This document shows positions 9,100-17,783 of a stretch of 32,000 bases of DNA, one piece after another (position 1 is the first letter of the stretch; each line of letters begins with the position of its first letter). The DNA is from Cupriavidus necator. Lineage in GTDB: Bacteria; Pseudomonadota; Gammaproteobacteria; Burkholderiales; Burkholderiaceae. Both the position numbers and the translations under genes were made by a program. The stretch covers positions 1,890,001 through 1,922,000 of the forward strand of contig NZ_CP066019.1 of NCBI RefSeq assembly GCF_016127575.1, read 5' to 3'. The notes beneath the pieces are model-generated. The model searched no databases. It worked only from the letters and a program-made list of their open reading frames with translations, and was not told where the DNA came from.

Positions 9100-10068
9100 C
9101 TACAGACGTTGCGCGCGCCTGCCTGCCAGCGCCTGCGCGGCTTCGTCCAGGCGCGGCTGGCTCACGGTCATGCCACTCCAGCCCACGGGAAGTACGCGGG
9201 ACAGGAACTCGACGAACGCCTTCACTTTGGCGTTCCGGCCCTGTGCTGGCGGGTAGACCGCGTACAGGGTCTGCCCGCGCGCGACGTACCCGGTCAGGAC
9301 CTGTTCAAGGCGCCCGACTCTGACGTCAACATCGAACAGGATCGATGGGCCCTGGCCCAGCCCCAACCCGGCAAGAACCGCTTCCCGGTAGTTGTCGCTG
9401 TTGTCGAACGCCAGGTTGCCTTTCACGGGCGCCAGGCGTTCTCCCTCCGGCGTCTGAAAGAGCCACGAGCGCCCGCCATGAAAGAGGTCCGCAGTCAGGC
9501 AGTTGTGCGATGCCAGGTCCTCGATGCGTTCGGGTCGGCCGTAGCGGTCAAGATACTCCGGCGTCGCGCAGGTGACGCGCAGGTTCCGTGTCAGCGGGCG
9601 CGCGACGAGCCGCGAGTCGGGCAAATCGCCGCCCCAGACGGCAATGTCCAGGCCGCGTCCGATCAGGTCGTGCTGCAAGCCGTCGGCTTGCGTGATCTTG
9701 AGATTGATTCCCGGATACTGCTCAACGAACTCACTGAGGCGTGGCACCACGTGCAGCCGCGCCACGATCAGCGGCAGCTGGACATGCAGCCGGCCGACCG
9801 GATCATCGCAGGCGCGTTCCAGCTCCTGTTCCGCCTCCTCCATGGAGGAAAGGATTTCGCGGCAGCGCACAAAATACGCCTCGCCCGCCGGCGTCAAAGC
9901 AAGCTTTCGGGTATTGCGCACGAGCAGCGGCACGCGCAATTCCTGCTCCAGGCTTGCGATCCGCCGGGTCAGAATGGACGCCGTCACGCCGAGCTGGCGA
10001 GCGGCCGCCGAGAAGCCTCCCCTTTGCGCAACGGCGACGAAGGATTGAATAGCCGCGAACTTATCCAC
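9100..10068 (-). CDS. LysR family transcriptional regulator
   Basis: GTG start with AGGAG upstream. The N-terminal wHTH is FVAVAQRGGFSAAARQLGVTASILTRRIASLEQELRVPLLVRNTRKLALTPAG. 322 aa with a LysR substrate-binding type C-terminus. Confidence 0.9.
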   Translation of the reverse strand: MDKFAAIQSFVAVAQRGGFSAAARQLGVTASILTRRIASLEQELRVPLLVRNTRKLALTPAGEAYFVRCREILSSMEEAEQELERACDDPVGRLHVQLPLIVARLHVVPRLSEFVEQYPGINLKITQADGLQHDLIGRGLDIAVWGGDLPDSRLVARPLTRNLRVTCATPEYLDRYGRPERIEDLASHNCLTADLFHGGRSWLFQTPEGERLAPVKGNLAFDNSDNYREAVLAGLGLGQGPSILFDVDVRVGRLEQVLTGYVARGQTLYAVYPPAQGRNAKVKAFVEFLSRVLPVGWSGMTVSQPRLDEAAQALAGRRAQRL

Positions 10069-10126
10069 TAACCTTTGCTCCTGCGCCCACTACTGCACTG
10101 CACTGCGCGCACGACATCCAGGCCAA

Positions 10127-10924
10127 TCAGCTTCCCTTGAATTGCGGCGCGCGCCGCTCGGCGAATGCCTTGCAACCTTCGACAAAGTCCTCGCTCGCGA
10201 AGCAGGCAGCAATAGATTCGTCCCAACGCTCAGTATTCCAGTCCGCGGATGACCTGTCCAGATCACGGTCTATCAGCTTGATTGCCCGGACAGTCAGGGG
10301 TGCTGCGGCGGCAATGGCGGCGGCCACGCTCCTGGCTTCCGCAGCCAGGTCCCCATCGGGCACGACCGTATTGACAAGTCCAATGCGCAGCGCTTCCGAA
10401 GCAGAGAACTGGCGTCCGGTCAGGAGGATTTCCTTCATGAACGCCGGCCCGACGAGCGAACGGATCTTCGCCATACTGTCACCCGGATAGCCAACTCCCA
10501 GCTTTACAGCAGGAATGCCAAACCGCGCCGTTTCCGATGCGATCCGAAGATCGCAACAACTCGCCAGCGCCAGTCCCCCGCCGAGGCAGTAGCCACGGAT
10601 CACGGCCACGGTCGGCTTGGCACAGTCCCAGACTGCCCGGTAAGCCTGCAGCGCACTGCGCTCGACCGTGCGCACGGCATCGGCCTGCGACAAGCGGCTG
10701 TTGAACTCGGCGATGTCGGCGCCGGACATGAAGTCGCGTCCGCCGTCGCCCTCGATCAGAATGACCCGGATATCCGGGTCACCAGCGAGCGAATCCAGGG
10801 CCGGCGCCACGTCGCGCCACATCGAGTCCGTGCCTGCGTTGCGACGGGCGATATTGCTGAACACAATCCGCCCCGTCGCACCGTCGCGCTCGAGAATCAG
10901 GTGTCCCCTGCTGTTCTCCATCAT
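10127..10924 (-). CDS. crotonase-fold protein (enoyl-CoA hydratase/isomerase family), both canonical catalytic Glu positions appear substituted
   Basis: 265 aa. Oxyanion and core blocks are FMSGADI and IRGYCLGGGLALASCCDLRIASETARFGIPAVKLGVG. In a hand alignment to GGG-x-E-L and F-G-x-P-E, both Glu positions are Ala. Confidence 0.85.
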   Translation of the reverse strand: MMENSRGHLILERDGATGRIVFSNIARRNAGTDSMWRDVAPALDSLAGDPDIRVILIEGDGGRDFMSGADIAEFNSRLSQADAVRTVERSALQAYRAVWDCAKPTVAVIRGYCLGGGLALASCCDLRIASETARFGIPAVKLGVGYPGDSMAKIRSLVGPAFMKEILLTGRQFSASEALRIGLVNTVVPDGDLAAEARSVAAAIAAAAPLTVRAIKLIDRDLDRSSADWNTERWDESIAACFASEDFVEGCKAFAERRAPQFKGS

Positions 10925-10982
10925 ATGGTCCGGTTTTCGTTACAAAGCGCCAGTCGCGCCAGGTATCCGCATCAAGGCCGGG

Positions 10983-11186
10983 TCATTGCTCGTCGTCCTC
11001 GACCTCGATGGCGAACTCAGGGCAGTTTGCCCAGGCAAGCAGCACCTCCTCCTTCAGGGCCGGCGGCACATCGCCACTTCCCCTGACGCGCGCATAGCCG
11101 TCCTCCCCAACGATGAACAGTTCCGGCGCCGCCCGGATGCAGTTCTGATGCCCTTTGCATCGTGCCGATTCAATTCGAATTTTCAT
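10983..11186 (-). CDS. small [3Fe-4S]-type ferredoxin (P450-associated type)
   Basis: 67 aa from the ATG at 11186, with a GGAG RBS 6 nt upstream. The cluster motif is C-K-G-H-Q-N-C ... C-P (CxxHxxC(x)nCP). The track ORF start at 11234 would overlap the upstream gene and lacks an RBS. Confidence 0.8.
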   Translation of the reverse strand: MKIRIESARCKGHQNCIRAAPELFIVGEDGYARVRGSGDVPPALKEEVLLAWANCPEFAIEVEDDEQ

Positions 11187-11230
11187 GCTCACTCCGTAGT
11201 CTGTGGTCAGGTTGGCGCGCTCGCCCACGA

Positions 11231-12424
11231 TCACACCACGTGACGCTCGCGCAGGTCCGAGATCTGTTCCGCGCTATATCCCAGTTCCATCAACACCGCT
11301 TCGGTATGCTCGCCTCGCCCGGGCGTTGCCGTGCGCATCTGGCTTGGCGTGCGCGACAACGTGTACGGCTGCGCCACGACCTTTATCTCCTGAAGCTCCG
11401 GATGCCGCAGGGATATGGCCATGCCCAGATGCTGCGTTTGCCGGTCCTCGAATACCTCGTCCATCCGGTAAATGGGGCCACAGGCAACGCTCGCCTGCTC
11501 GAAGGCCCGGATCCATTCGGAACTTGTCTTGCGCCTCGTGTATTGCGCAAGCTCGCCTTTCAACGCCTCCCGGTTCTTTGTGCGCAGTTCGTTGCTGGCA
11601 TACTCGACCCGCCCGAGCAGCTCCGGCGCCCCGATCGCATTGCACAAGCGCCGCCACATCTCCTCGCCTGCCGTGGCAATGTTGATATGGCCATCGGCGG
11701 TCGGGAACACGCCGGTTGGCGTCGCAGTGGGATGATCGTTGCCTGCCGGTTCCGGCACCTCGCCGTCCATCAGCCATCGTGCCGCCTGGTAGTCGGTCAG
11801 CGCGATCATGCCCTGCAACAGGGAGGTCTGCACCCATTGCCCACGGCCCGACACTTCACGCTCGAGCAGGGCCGTCATGATGCCGAGCGCCGCGTACAGG
11901 CCGACACCGGTATCCGCCAGCGAGATCCCGGTCCGCAACGGCGGTTGCCCCTTTTCGCCGGTGATCGCCATCAGCCCGCCCATGCCCTGCACAATCTGGT
12001 CGTAGCCTGGCCGGTCGGCATACGGGCCGTCCTGCCCGAAGCCCGAGATGCTGGCGTAGACGAGCCCGGGATTGCTGCGCTGCAAGGTTTCATAGTCCAC
12101 CCCAAGCCGGGTCTTCACGCCTGGCCGGAAATTCTCCACCAGCACGTCAGCGGCCTCGACCAGCCGCTGGAGGATCCGCACGCCTTCCGGATCCTTGAGG
12201 TTGAGCGTGATGCTGCGCTTGTTGCGATGCAGGTTCTGGAAATCCGAGCCGAGGCGGTCCCCGATCCAGCCGTCGCTGACGTCAAGCGCCTGCGGGCTTT
12301 CAATCTTGATGACATCCGCTCCCCAGTCCGCCAGCTGCCGTACCGCCGTCGGGCCCGCTCGCAGGCGGGTGAGGTCGAGTACACGAAAACGCTCGAGCGG
12401 GCCCTGCCGATTGGAGGCACTCAT
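11231..12424 (-). CDS. family III CoA-transferase (CaiB/BaiF family)
   Basis: 397 aa. FRVLDLTRLRAGPTAVRQLADWGADVIKIE is the family N-terminal signature, followed by ENFRPGV and a GxxGP-type block. The ATGA start/stop overlap with the upstream crotonase gene (12421-12424) suggests translational coupling. Confidence 0.9.
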   Translation of the reverse strand: MSASNRQGPLERFRVLDLTRLRAGPTAVRQLADWGADVIKIESPQALDVSDGWIGDRLGSDFQNLHRNKRSITLNLKDPEGVRILQRLVEAADVLVENFRPGVKTRLGVDYETLQRSNPGLVYASISGFGQDGPYADRPGYDQIVQGMGGLMAITGEKGQPPLRTGISLADTGVGLYAALGIMTALLEREVSGRGQWVQTSLLQGMIALTDYQAARWLMDGEVPEPAGNDHPTATPTGVFPTADGHINIATAGEEMWRRLCNAIGAPELLGRVEYASNELRTKNREALKGELAQYTRRKTSSEWIRAFEQASVACGPIYRMDEVFEDRQTQHLGMAISLRHPELQEIKVVAQPYTLSRTPSQMRTATPGRGEHTEAVLMELGYSAEQISDLRERHVV

Positions 12425-13281
12425 GACGCGGTACTCCCCATGGCCGTGCCGGGCAGCGGGCTGAAGGCCGGCGGCCGCTTGTCCTTCATGGCCCGCATGG
12501 CTTCACTGAAATCCGGCTGTTTCATCAACTGCCCCATCAGTTCCCGGGAATCCTCGATCGCGGCGCCCGCGTCGTGCCGCATGAGGTCGGCGTAGAGTTG
12601 ACGCTTGGCCGTTTTCACGGCCACCGGCGATGTCGAGTCCGCCAGGCCGCGCGCGATCCGGAGAACTTCCTCCTCAAGGGTTTCACGCGGCATCACGCCG
12701 TTGAGGAACCCCATGGCGCGCGCCTCTTCCGCCAGGAACACGCGCCCTGACAGCAGAATGTCGGCACTGTGGGTCAGGCCCACGATACGCGGCATGATCC
12801 AGGACAGCCCGAATTCGGCAGGCAGCCCTAGCCGTGGCGTTGAGGTCGTGAGCTTGGCGCCTGCCGCGGCATAGCGAAGGTCGCAGTAAGCGGCCAGCGC
12901 GACGGCGATGCCGGCGCAGGCCCCGTTGATGGCGGCAATGACGGGCTTTTGCAGGCCCCAATGCCAGATCAGCTCGTGCTCGTACTCCGGGCGTACGCCG
13001 TGACCCGGCGTTGCCATCACGTCATTCCTGAAGCTTTCGAGATAGTCCTGATCGGACTCACGGTAATGGTCCAGCGCCTTCGTGTCAGCGCCGACGCAAA
13101 ACTGCTGGCCGGCGCCGGTGACAACAATCACACGCACGCGCGGGTCGTCGTCCAGGCATGACATCAGCCAACGATACTCGGCATTCATGCGCGTAGTCCA
13201 GGAATTTCCGCGCCCGGGGCGGCTGAGCCGAACCAGGCCGACGCCGTTGTCGACGCTCAGTTGGGTGACATGCAGTTCCAC
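12421..13281 (-). CDS. crotonase-fold protein (enoyl-CoA hydratase/isomerase family)
   Basis: GTG start preceded by AAGGAG. The crotonase core is FCVGADTK and AAINGACAGIAVALAAYCDLRYAA...LGLPAEFGLSW. The first catalytic Glu position appears to be Ala in a hand alignment. Confidence 0.85.
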   Translation of the reverse strand: MELHVTQLSVDNGVGLVRLSRPGRGNSWTTRMNAEYRWLMSCLDDDPRVRVIVVTGAGQQFCVGADTKALDHYRESDQDYLESFRNDVMATPGHGVRPEYEHELIWHWGLQKPVIAAINGACAGIAVALAAYCDLRYAAAGAKLTTSTPRLGLPAEFGLSWIMPRIVGLTHSADILLSGRVFLAEEARAMGFLNGVMPRETLEEEVLRIARGLADSTSPVAVKTAKRQLYADLMRHDAGAAIEDSRELMGQLMKQPDFSEAMRAMKDKRPPAFSPLPGTAMGSTAS

Positions 13282-13351
13282 GCCGTCTCCTTATCAGGGT
13301 GATGGGCATTGACGCGCAGGTGGGCAGCGTCGTTGCCGGCCGGGCCTCGCC

Positions 13352-14212
13352 TCAGTCGGCATCCCGATGGTTCATGTCGCGCAGCTTGAAAGTCGCGGTT
13401 GTGCCAGACTCCCTGCGCTCGCGCAGGAAGTTGAACTCGTCGCTCTCGAACCTCAGGTTCGTACCGAGCGTGTGGCCGACAAAGCCACGTGTGAACTGGG
13501 CCGCGCAGCCCAGGCTTTCCAGCGCCATCTGGTGCATGGCCTTGCCCGTCACCAGGGCGTCGCGCGGGTGCTTGGCGATACGTCCGGCCCAGTTCTCAAC
13601 GGTAGTCTCCAGTTCAGCCAACGGCACCGCGCGATTGACCAGACCGAGCCGGCAAGCCTCGCTGCCATTGAAGCGCTCGCCCAGTAGCATGAGTTCCCGG
13701 GCAACCTTGGCGCCATACATCAGGATCTGCGAGTTCATGTGCCAGGTATTGCCGGCGAGACCAAAGCGCTGTTCCGCATGGCTGAAGCAGGCATCGTCCG
13801 CGGCAATCGCCAGATCCACCAGCTCCACCAGGTAGATGCCCACGCCGGTGCAATGGCCATGGACCTGTGCGATAACCGGCTTGGCCGAATTCTGGAACGC
13901 CATGTAGCTCATGCCCAGGCGTCGGTCCCGCTGCAAGCGCGTTCTTTGGTTGGGGCGCCGCGGCTTGCCGCCGTCCGGGGTTAGCTCCAGCCCGTACGAC
14001 TTGACGGCATCGTTGTAGTCGTGGCCTGCGCAGAATGAGGGCCCGTTCCCCTTCAGGATGATGACTTTGATGTCATCGTCGTACTCGGCATCCCGCAGGG
14101 CGGCAACCAGGTCGTCCATCTCATCGAAGCGCAGGGCATTGTGCTTCTCCGGCCGGTTCAGGATCAGTCGCGCCACCGGGCCGTCCTTTTCCAGGATCAC
14201 TGTGCTGTTCAA
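13352..14212 (-). CDS. crotonase-fold protein (enoyl-CoA hydratase/isomerase family) with internal insertion
   Basis: LILNRPEKHNAL, FCAGHD and HGHCTGVGIYLVELVDLAIAADDACFSHAEQRFGLAG. I chose the TTG at 14212 because AAGGAG sits 6 nt upstream. An alternative ATG lies at 14245. The track start at 14332 overlaps the P450 gene. Confidence 0.8.
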   Translation of the reverse strand: MNSTVILEKDGPVARLILNRPEKHNALRFDEMDDLVAALRDAEYDDDIKVIILKGNGPSFCAGHDYNDAVKSYGLELTPDGGKPRRPNQRTRLQRDRRLGMSYMAFQNSAKPVIAQVHGHCTGVGIYLVELVDLAIAADDACFSHAEQRFGLAGNTWHMNSQILMYGAKVARELMLLGERFNGSEACRLGLVNRAVPLAELETTVENWAGRIAKHPRDALVTGKAMHQMALESLGCAAQFTRGFVGHTLGTNLRFESDEFNFLRERRESGTTATFKLRDMNHRDAD

Positions 14213-14252
14213 CGTCGTCTCCTTGTTCTGTATCCGCTGGGGCATCCAGGCG

Positions 14253-15449
14253 TCAAACCACCCGGATACGCACGTTCTCAGGACCACGGGCATTGCCCGC
14301 AGACCACTTGACCGCGCCGGATATGCGCTCAAAATTCGGAATCGCCTTGAGCCATTCCTCGATGGCGACGCGCATTTCCATGCGGGCGAGGTGGGACCCG
14401 AGGCATCGGTGCACGCCCACCCCGAAGGTCAGGTGTCGGTTACGCTTGCGATCAAGCTGCACTTCGTCTGGGTTCTCGAATACCGCCGGGTCGCGATTGG
14501 CCGCCGGATAAGCCAGAATCACCCGCTCGCCAGCACCGATGCAGCGCCCCTTCAACTCCACTTCCTCGGTGGTGACGCGCGCGATAGACAGCGGCGCATA
14601 GAAGCGAAGCAACTCCTCCACCGCAGTCGTCCTCAACAGGCCTGGCTCGTTGATCAGCGTCGCCCGGTCGGCAGGGTGATCAGCCAGATGGTTCAGGCTG
14701 GCGTTGAGAGCGTTCCACGTGGTATCGGCGCCCGCAAGGACGGCCAGCAGCAGACTACCGATACGGTGCTTGCGCGAGATCGGCTTGCCGTCGATGGTGG
14801 CCAGTGCGATATGGCTGACGAGGTCTTCGCCCGGGTCCTGCTCCCGCTCTTTGAGCAATTGCTCAAGATCCGCGAAGGCTTCATCGAACGCCGCCTTGCG
14901 CAACTCCTGGTCGAAGGGCCCGTACTTCAGGACCCGGATGGCCCAGTCCATGAAGCGCTCCTGACGGTCGTCGGGTACGTCGAGGAAGCGTGTCAGCAAT
15001 GACAAGACGAAGGGCTTGGAGTAGTCCTCGCCAAGGTCCGCTTCGCCTTTGACGGCGACCCGTCGCGCCAGGTCGCGCGCGAGACTCTGTGCGTACGGCT
15101 CGATGGCTGCAACTCGCGCCGGCGTGAAGTAGGGCTCGAGCAGGTCACGGTGGATCTTGTGATCCGGCGGGTCGCTGGTCAGCGGTGGCAGCACCAGGCC
15201 CGAACCCTGCGGCGGCACTTCGCCCGCAATTTCCGCGGCCCGCGATGAGAACACTGCGGGATTCTGGGCGACATGGTGGATATCGTCGTATGTTGTCGGC
15301 AGCCAGGAGCCGCCCCACTTTTCGCTATGCGCCACCGGACAGCCGCTGGAACGGATGTCGCGCCACAGGGCATGCGCCTCCTGTACATAGTGGTCGGAGA
15401 GAAGGTCATAGCCGTCATGGAGCAGTGCGTGCTGGTTGGTGTCGGTCAC
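14253..15449 (-). CDS. cytochrome P450 monooxygenase (class I, soluble bacterial type)
   Basis: GTG start with AGGAG 7 nt upstream. I-helix AGADTTW, K-helix EELLRF (ExxR), and heme-thiolate loop FGVGVHRCLGSHLA. 398 aa. Confidence 0.92.
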   Translation of the reverse strand: MTDTNQHALLHDGYDLLSDHYVQEAHALWRDIRSSGCPVAHSEKWGGSWLPTTYDDIHHVAQNPAVFSSRAAEIAGEVPPQGSGLVLPPLTSDPPDHKIHRDLLEPYFTPARVAAIEPYAQSLARDLARRVAVKGEADLGEDYSKPFVLSLLTRFLDVPDDRQERFMDWAIRVLKYGPFDQELRKAAFDEAFADLEQLLKEREQDPGEDLVSHIALATIDGKPISRKHRIGSLLLAVLAGADTTWNALNASLNHLADHPADRATLINEPGLLRTTAVEELLRFYAPLSIARVTTEEVELKGRCIGAGERVILAYPAANRDPAVFENPDEVQLDRKRNRHLTFGVGVHRCLGSHLARMEMRVAIEEWLKAIPNFERISGAVKWSAGNARGPENVRIRVV

Positions 15450-15469
15450 TTGGGATCTCCTGGAAAATG

Positions 15470-16621
15470 TCAGTACGTTTCAACGTGATAGCGTCCGCTG
15501 GCTAACAGGCGTTCCCGGACCATTGGCCATGCGGATGCGCCGTCGCCGCGAAGGACACCCGCGAAGGCATCCTCCACGCCGGCTTCCATGCCTTTGCGGC
15601 CACACAGGAACACGTGCGTGAGTTCGTCCTGTAGAAGCGTCCTGATTCGCTTGCCGGCGGCCCGGATGCCGTCCTGCACATATATGCGGGGCGCGTCCGG
15701 TTGACGCGAGAAGCAGAAGTAGTGGTCGACAAAACCCTCCGGCAACCCGTCTTCCTCACCGCAGTAAGGCAGCTCCACGGGACGACGGCCGCCGAAGAAC
15801 AGCATCAGGCTGCCTGTGGCGCCGCGCATGCTGCGCAGGCGGTGCTGGATGAAGCCCCGAAAAGGCGCGACGCCTGTGCCAGTGCAGACCATGATCAGGT
15901 TGGCGGACGCTTCCATGGGCATCAGGAACGTATCGCCCAGCGGGCCGACGACCCGCACCGTTTCACCTGGGACCAGGCCGCACAGATAGTTCGAACACAG
16001 GCCGCCCGGCTTGCGCCGCACCGTCAGTGCGACAGTGCTGGTGCCCCGCCGCTCGCCCGTTCTTGCGCTGGCGACCGAGTACAGTCGCTCGATATGCGGG
16101 CGCCCATTGGCATCGAGGCCGGGCGGCAGGATGCCAATGCTCTGACCCTCCAGGATGGGCATCGCCTGGTTGCCGAAATCCAGCACGATGTGCCAGACAT
16201 CATCGTCAGCGTCGAGTGCCGTGGCCCGCTCGCGCAATGTCACCGTCGCGACGGCTGGTGCAGCGCGGCTGTACAGGTGCAGTGCCGGCGCACTCGCCGA
16301 CGCGGGCGCCCGCACTAGGACAGGACTCTCGTTGGCATCGGTCTCGGTGCCCGCTTGCATCGGCGTTGGCAGATCCTGCCACGAAAGTTGCTGCGCAAGC
16401 GTGTACGGCTGCTGCACCGGGTACCAGTGATTGATCGCGCCCGTTGGGCACGGGGGGAGACACGCACGGCAATGGTTGCAGCGCTCGACGTCGACCACGT
16501 AGTTGTTGTGGTCGTGTGTGATCGCGCCAACCGGGCAGGACTCCTCGCAGCTGTTACAGCGTATGCAAATGGCCGGATCAATCAGGTGCTGCGTGATCGA
16601 TGTTGACGTGGGAAGCGTCAT
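15470..16621 (-). CDS. fusion of a 2x[4Fe-4S] ferredoxin domain to a ferredoxin-NADP+ reductase (BoxA-like architecture); probable P450 reductase
   Basis: ATG at 16621 with AGGAG 5 nt upstream. There are two CxxCxxCxxxCP motifs (CIRCNSCEESCP, CNHCRACLPPCP). They are followed by FNR motifs: RLYSVAS (FAD), MVCTGTGVAPFRGF (NADPH) and LCGRKGME. The first 38 codons of the track ORF were rejected. Confidence 0.88.
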   Translation of the reverse strand: MTLPTSTSITQHLIDPAICIRCNSCEESCPVGAITHDHNNYVVDVERCNHCRACLPPCPTGAINHWYPVQQPYTLAQQLSWQDLPTPMQAGTETDANESPVLVRAPASASAPALHLYSRAAPAVATVTLRERATALDADDDVWHIVLDFGNQAMPILEGQSIGILPPGLDANGRPHIERLYSVASARTGERRGTSTVALTVRRKPGGLCSNYLCGLVPGETVRVVGPLGDTFLMPMEASANLIMVCTGTGVAPFRGFIQHRLRSMRGATGSLMLFFGGRRPVELPYCGEEDGLPEGFVDHYFCFSRQPDAPRIYVQDGIRAAGKRIRTLLQDELTHVFLCGRKGMEAGVEDAFAGVLRGDGASAWPMVRERLLASGRYHVETY

Positions 16622-16676
16622 GGTTGCTCCTGTTCGTTGGCGGCGCCTGCGCGGCGAGTAGGCATCGCGCGTGACC

Positions 16677-17783
16677 TCATGGGCGCACGATGGCCCGACC
16701 GCCCGCCTCCGTGGCGCAATGCGCCATGGCCTCATTGACCTGGTCCAGCGAATAGATGACTGACGCGAGGTTGTCCAGTTGCAGCTTGCCCGCCCCGTGG
16801 AGGTCTACCAGCCGCGCAATGTCGCGGCGCACGTGAGCGGAACCATAGAGGGAGCCGCGGATGGTCTTCTCTGTGAGCACCAGCCCGCCGAACGCGGAGA
16901 TGTTCACCACCACGTCCTTACCCGGCGCACTGACAATGACGGCACGGCCGCCTCGTCGGGTCATCCGTATGGCGTCATCGATGGATTGCTGGCGCCCGGC
17001 GACTTCCAGCGCGACCTCGACGCCGCGCCCACCGGTGAGCGCGCGTACCTTTTCCACCAGTCCGGTCCCGGGCTGCAGCTGATGGGTCGCACCCAGCGAC
17101 CGCGCCAGCTCCAGGCGATCCGTACGGGGATCGATTGCGATGATCATGCTGGCACCGCTGGTACGCGCGCCCTGGATCGCATGCAGGCCGACACCGCCGC
17201 AACCGAGGATGGCCACCGCTTCGCCGACTTCGACCCGGGCCGTGTTGACCGCTGCGCCCCAGCCCGTCATGACCCCGCAGCCGAGCAATGCCGCCTGCTC
17301 CAGCGGCAGAGAGTCCGGGATGGGAACGACCGATGTAGCCGGTACGACAACCCGCTGTGCAAGCGTTCCCAGACCGGCCATCTGGAACACCGGTGCGCCA
17401 TTCCATGTAAATCGCGTCGTGCCATCTGCCATGGTGCCCTGCAGCATCGATGGCTGCCCCGACTCGCACAACACCGGCTGGCCGTGGTTGCAATAGAAGC
17501 AGTTGCCACACTGGGCCAGCAGGCTGAGCACCACGCGGTCGCCGAGCGCCAGGCCCGACACCTGAGATCCCAGGCCCACGACGACACCCGCGCTTTCGTG
17601 CCCCAGTATCACTGGCAGCGGTGTCGGCAGCACTGCTTGGTACACCGACAGGTCCGAATGGCACACGCCTGTCGCGGCAATCTCCACCATCACTTCGTTA
17701 TCGTGCGGTTCATCCAGGTCCAGCAACTCCACCTGGAGTTCGCGGGCCTTCACCATCACGGCAGCCTGCACCTTTGTTCGCAT
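16677..17783 (-). CDS. zinc-dependent alcohol dehydrogenase (MDR family)
   Basis: AGAGG RBS. Catalytic zinc GVCHSDL and GHESAGVV, structural zinc CGNCFYCNHGQPVLC, and Rossmann fold ILGCGGVGL. 368 aa. It is the first gene of the minus-strand arm. Confidence 0.9.
   Translation of the reverse strand: MRTKVQAAVMVKARELQVELLDLDEPHDNEVMVEIAATGVCHSDLSVYQAVLPTPLPVILGHESAGVVVGLGSQVSGLALGDRVVLSLLAQCGNCFYCNHGQPVLCESGQPSMLQGTMADGTTRFTWNGAPVFQMAGLGTLAQRVVVPATSVVPIPDSLPLEQAALLGCGVMTGWGAAVNTARVEVGEAVAILGCGGVGLHAIQGARTSGASMIIAIDPRTDRLELARSLGATHQLQPGTGLVEKVRALTGGRGVEVALEVAGRQQSIDDAIRMTRRGGRAVIVSAPGKDVVVNISAFGGLVLTEKTIRGSLYGSAHVRRDIARLVDLHGAGKLQLDNLASVIYSLDQVNEAMAHCATEAGGRAIVRP

Noticed and set aside
15470-16621. 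Calling the ferredoxin-FNR fusion boxA (benzoyl-CoA oxygenase component A)
   Set aside because: Only the domain architecture matches. No boxB or boxC genes are present, and the gene is tightly linked to a P450, so the boxA symbol is not justified.
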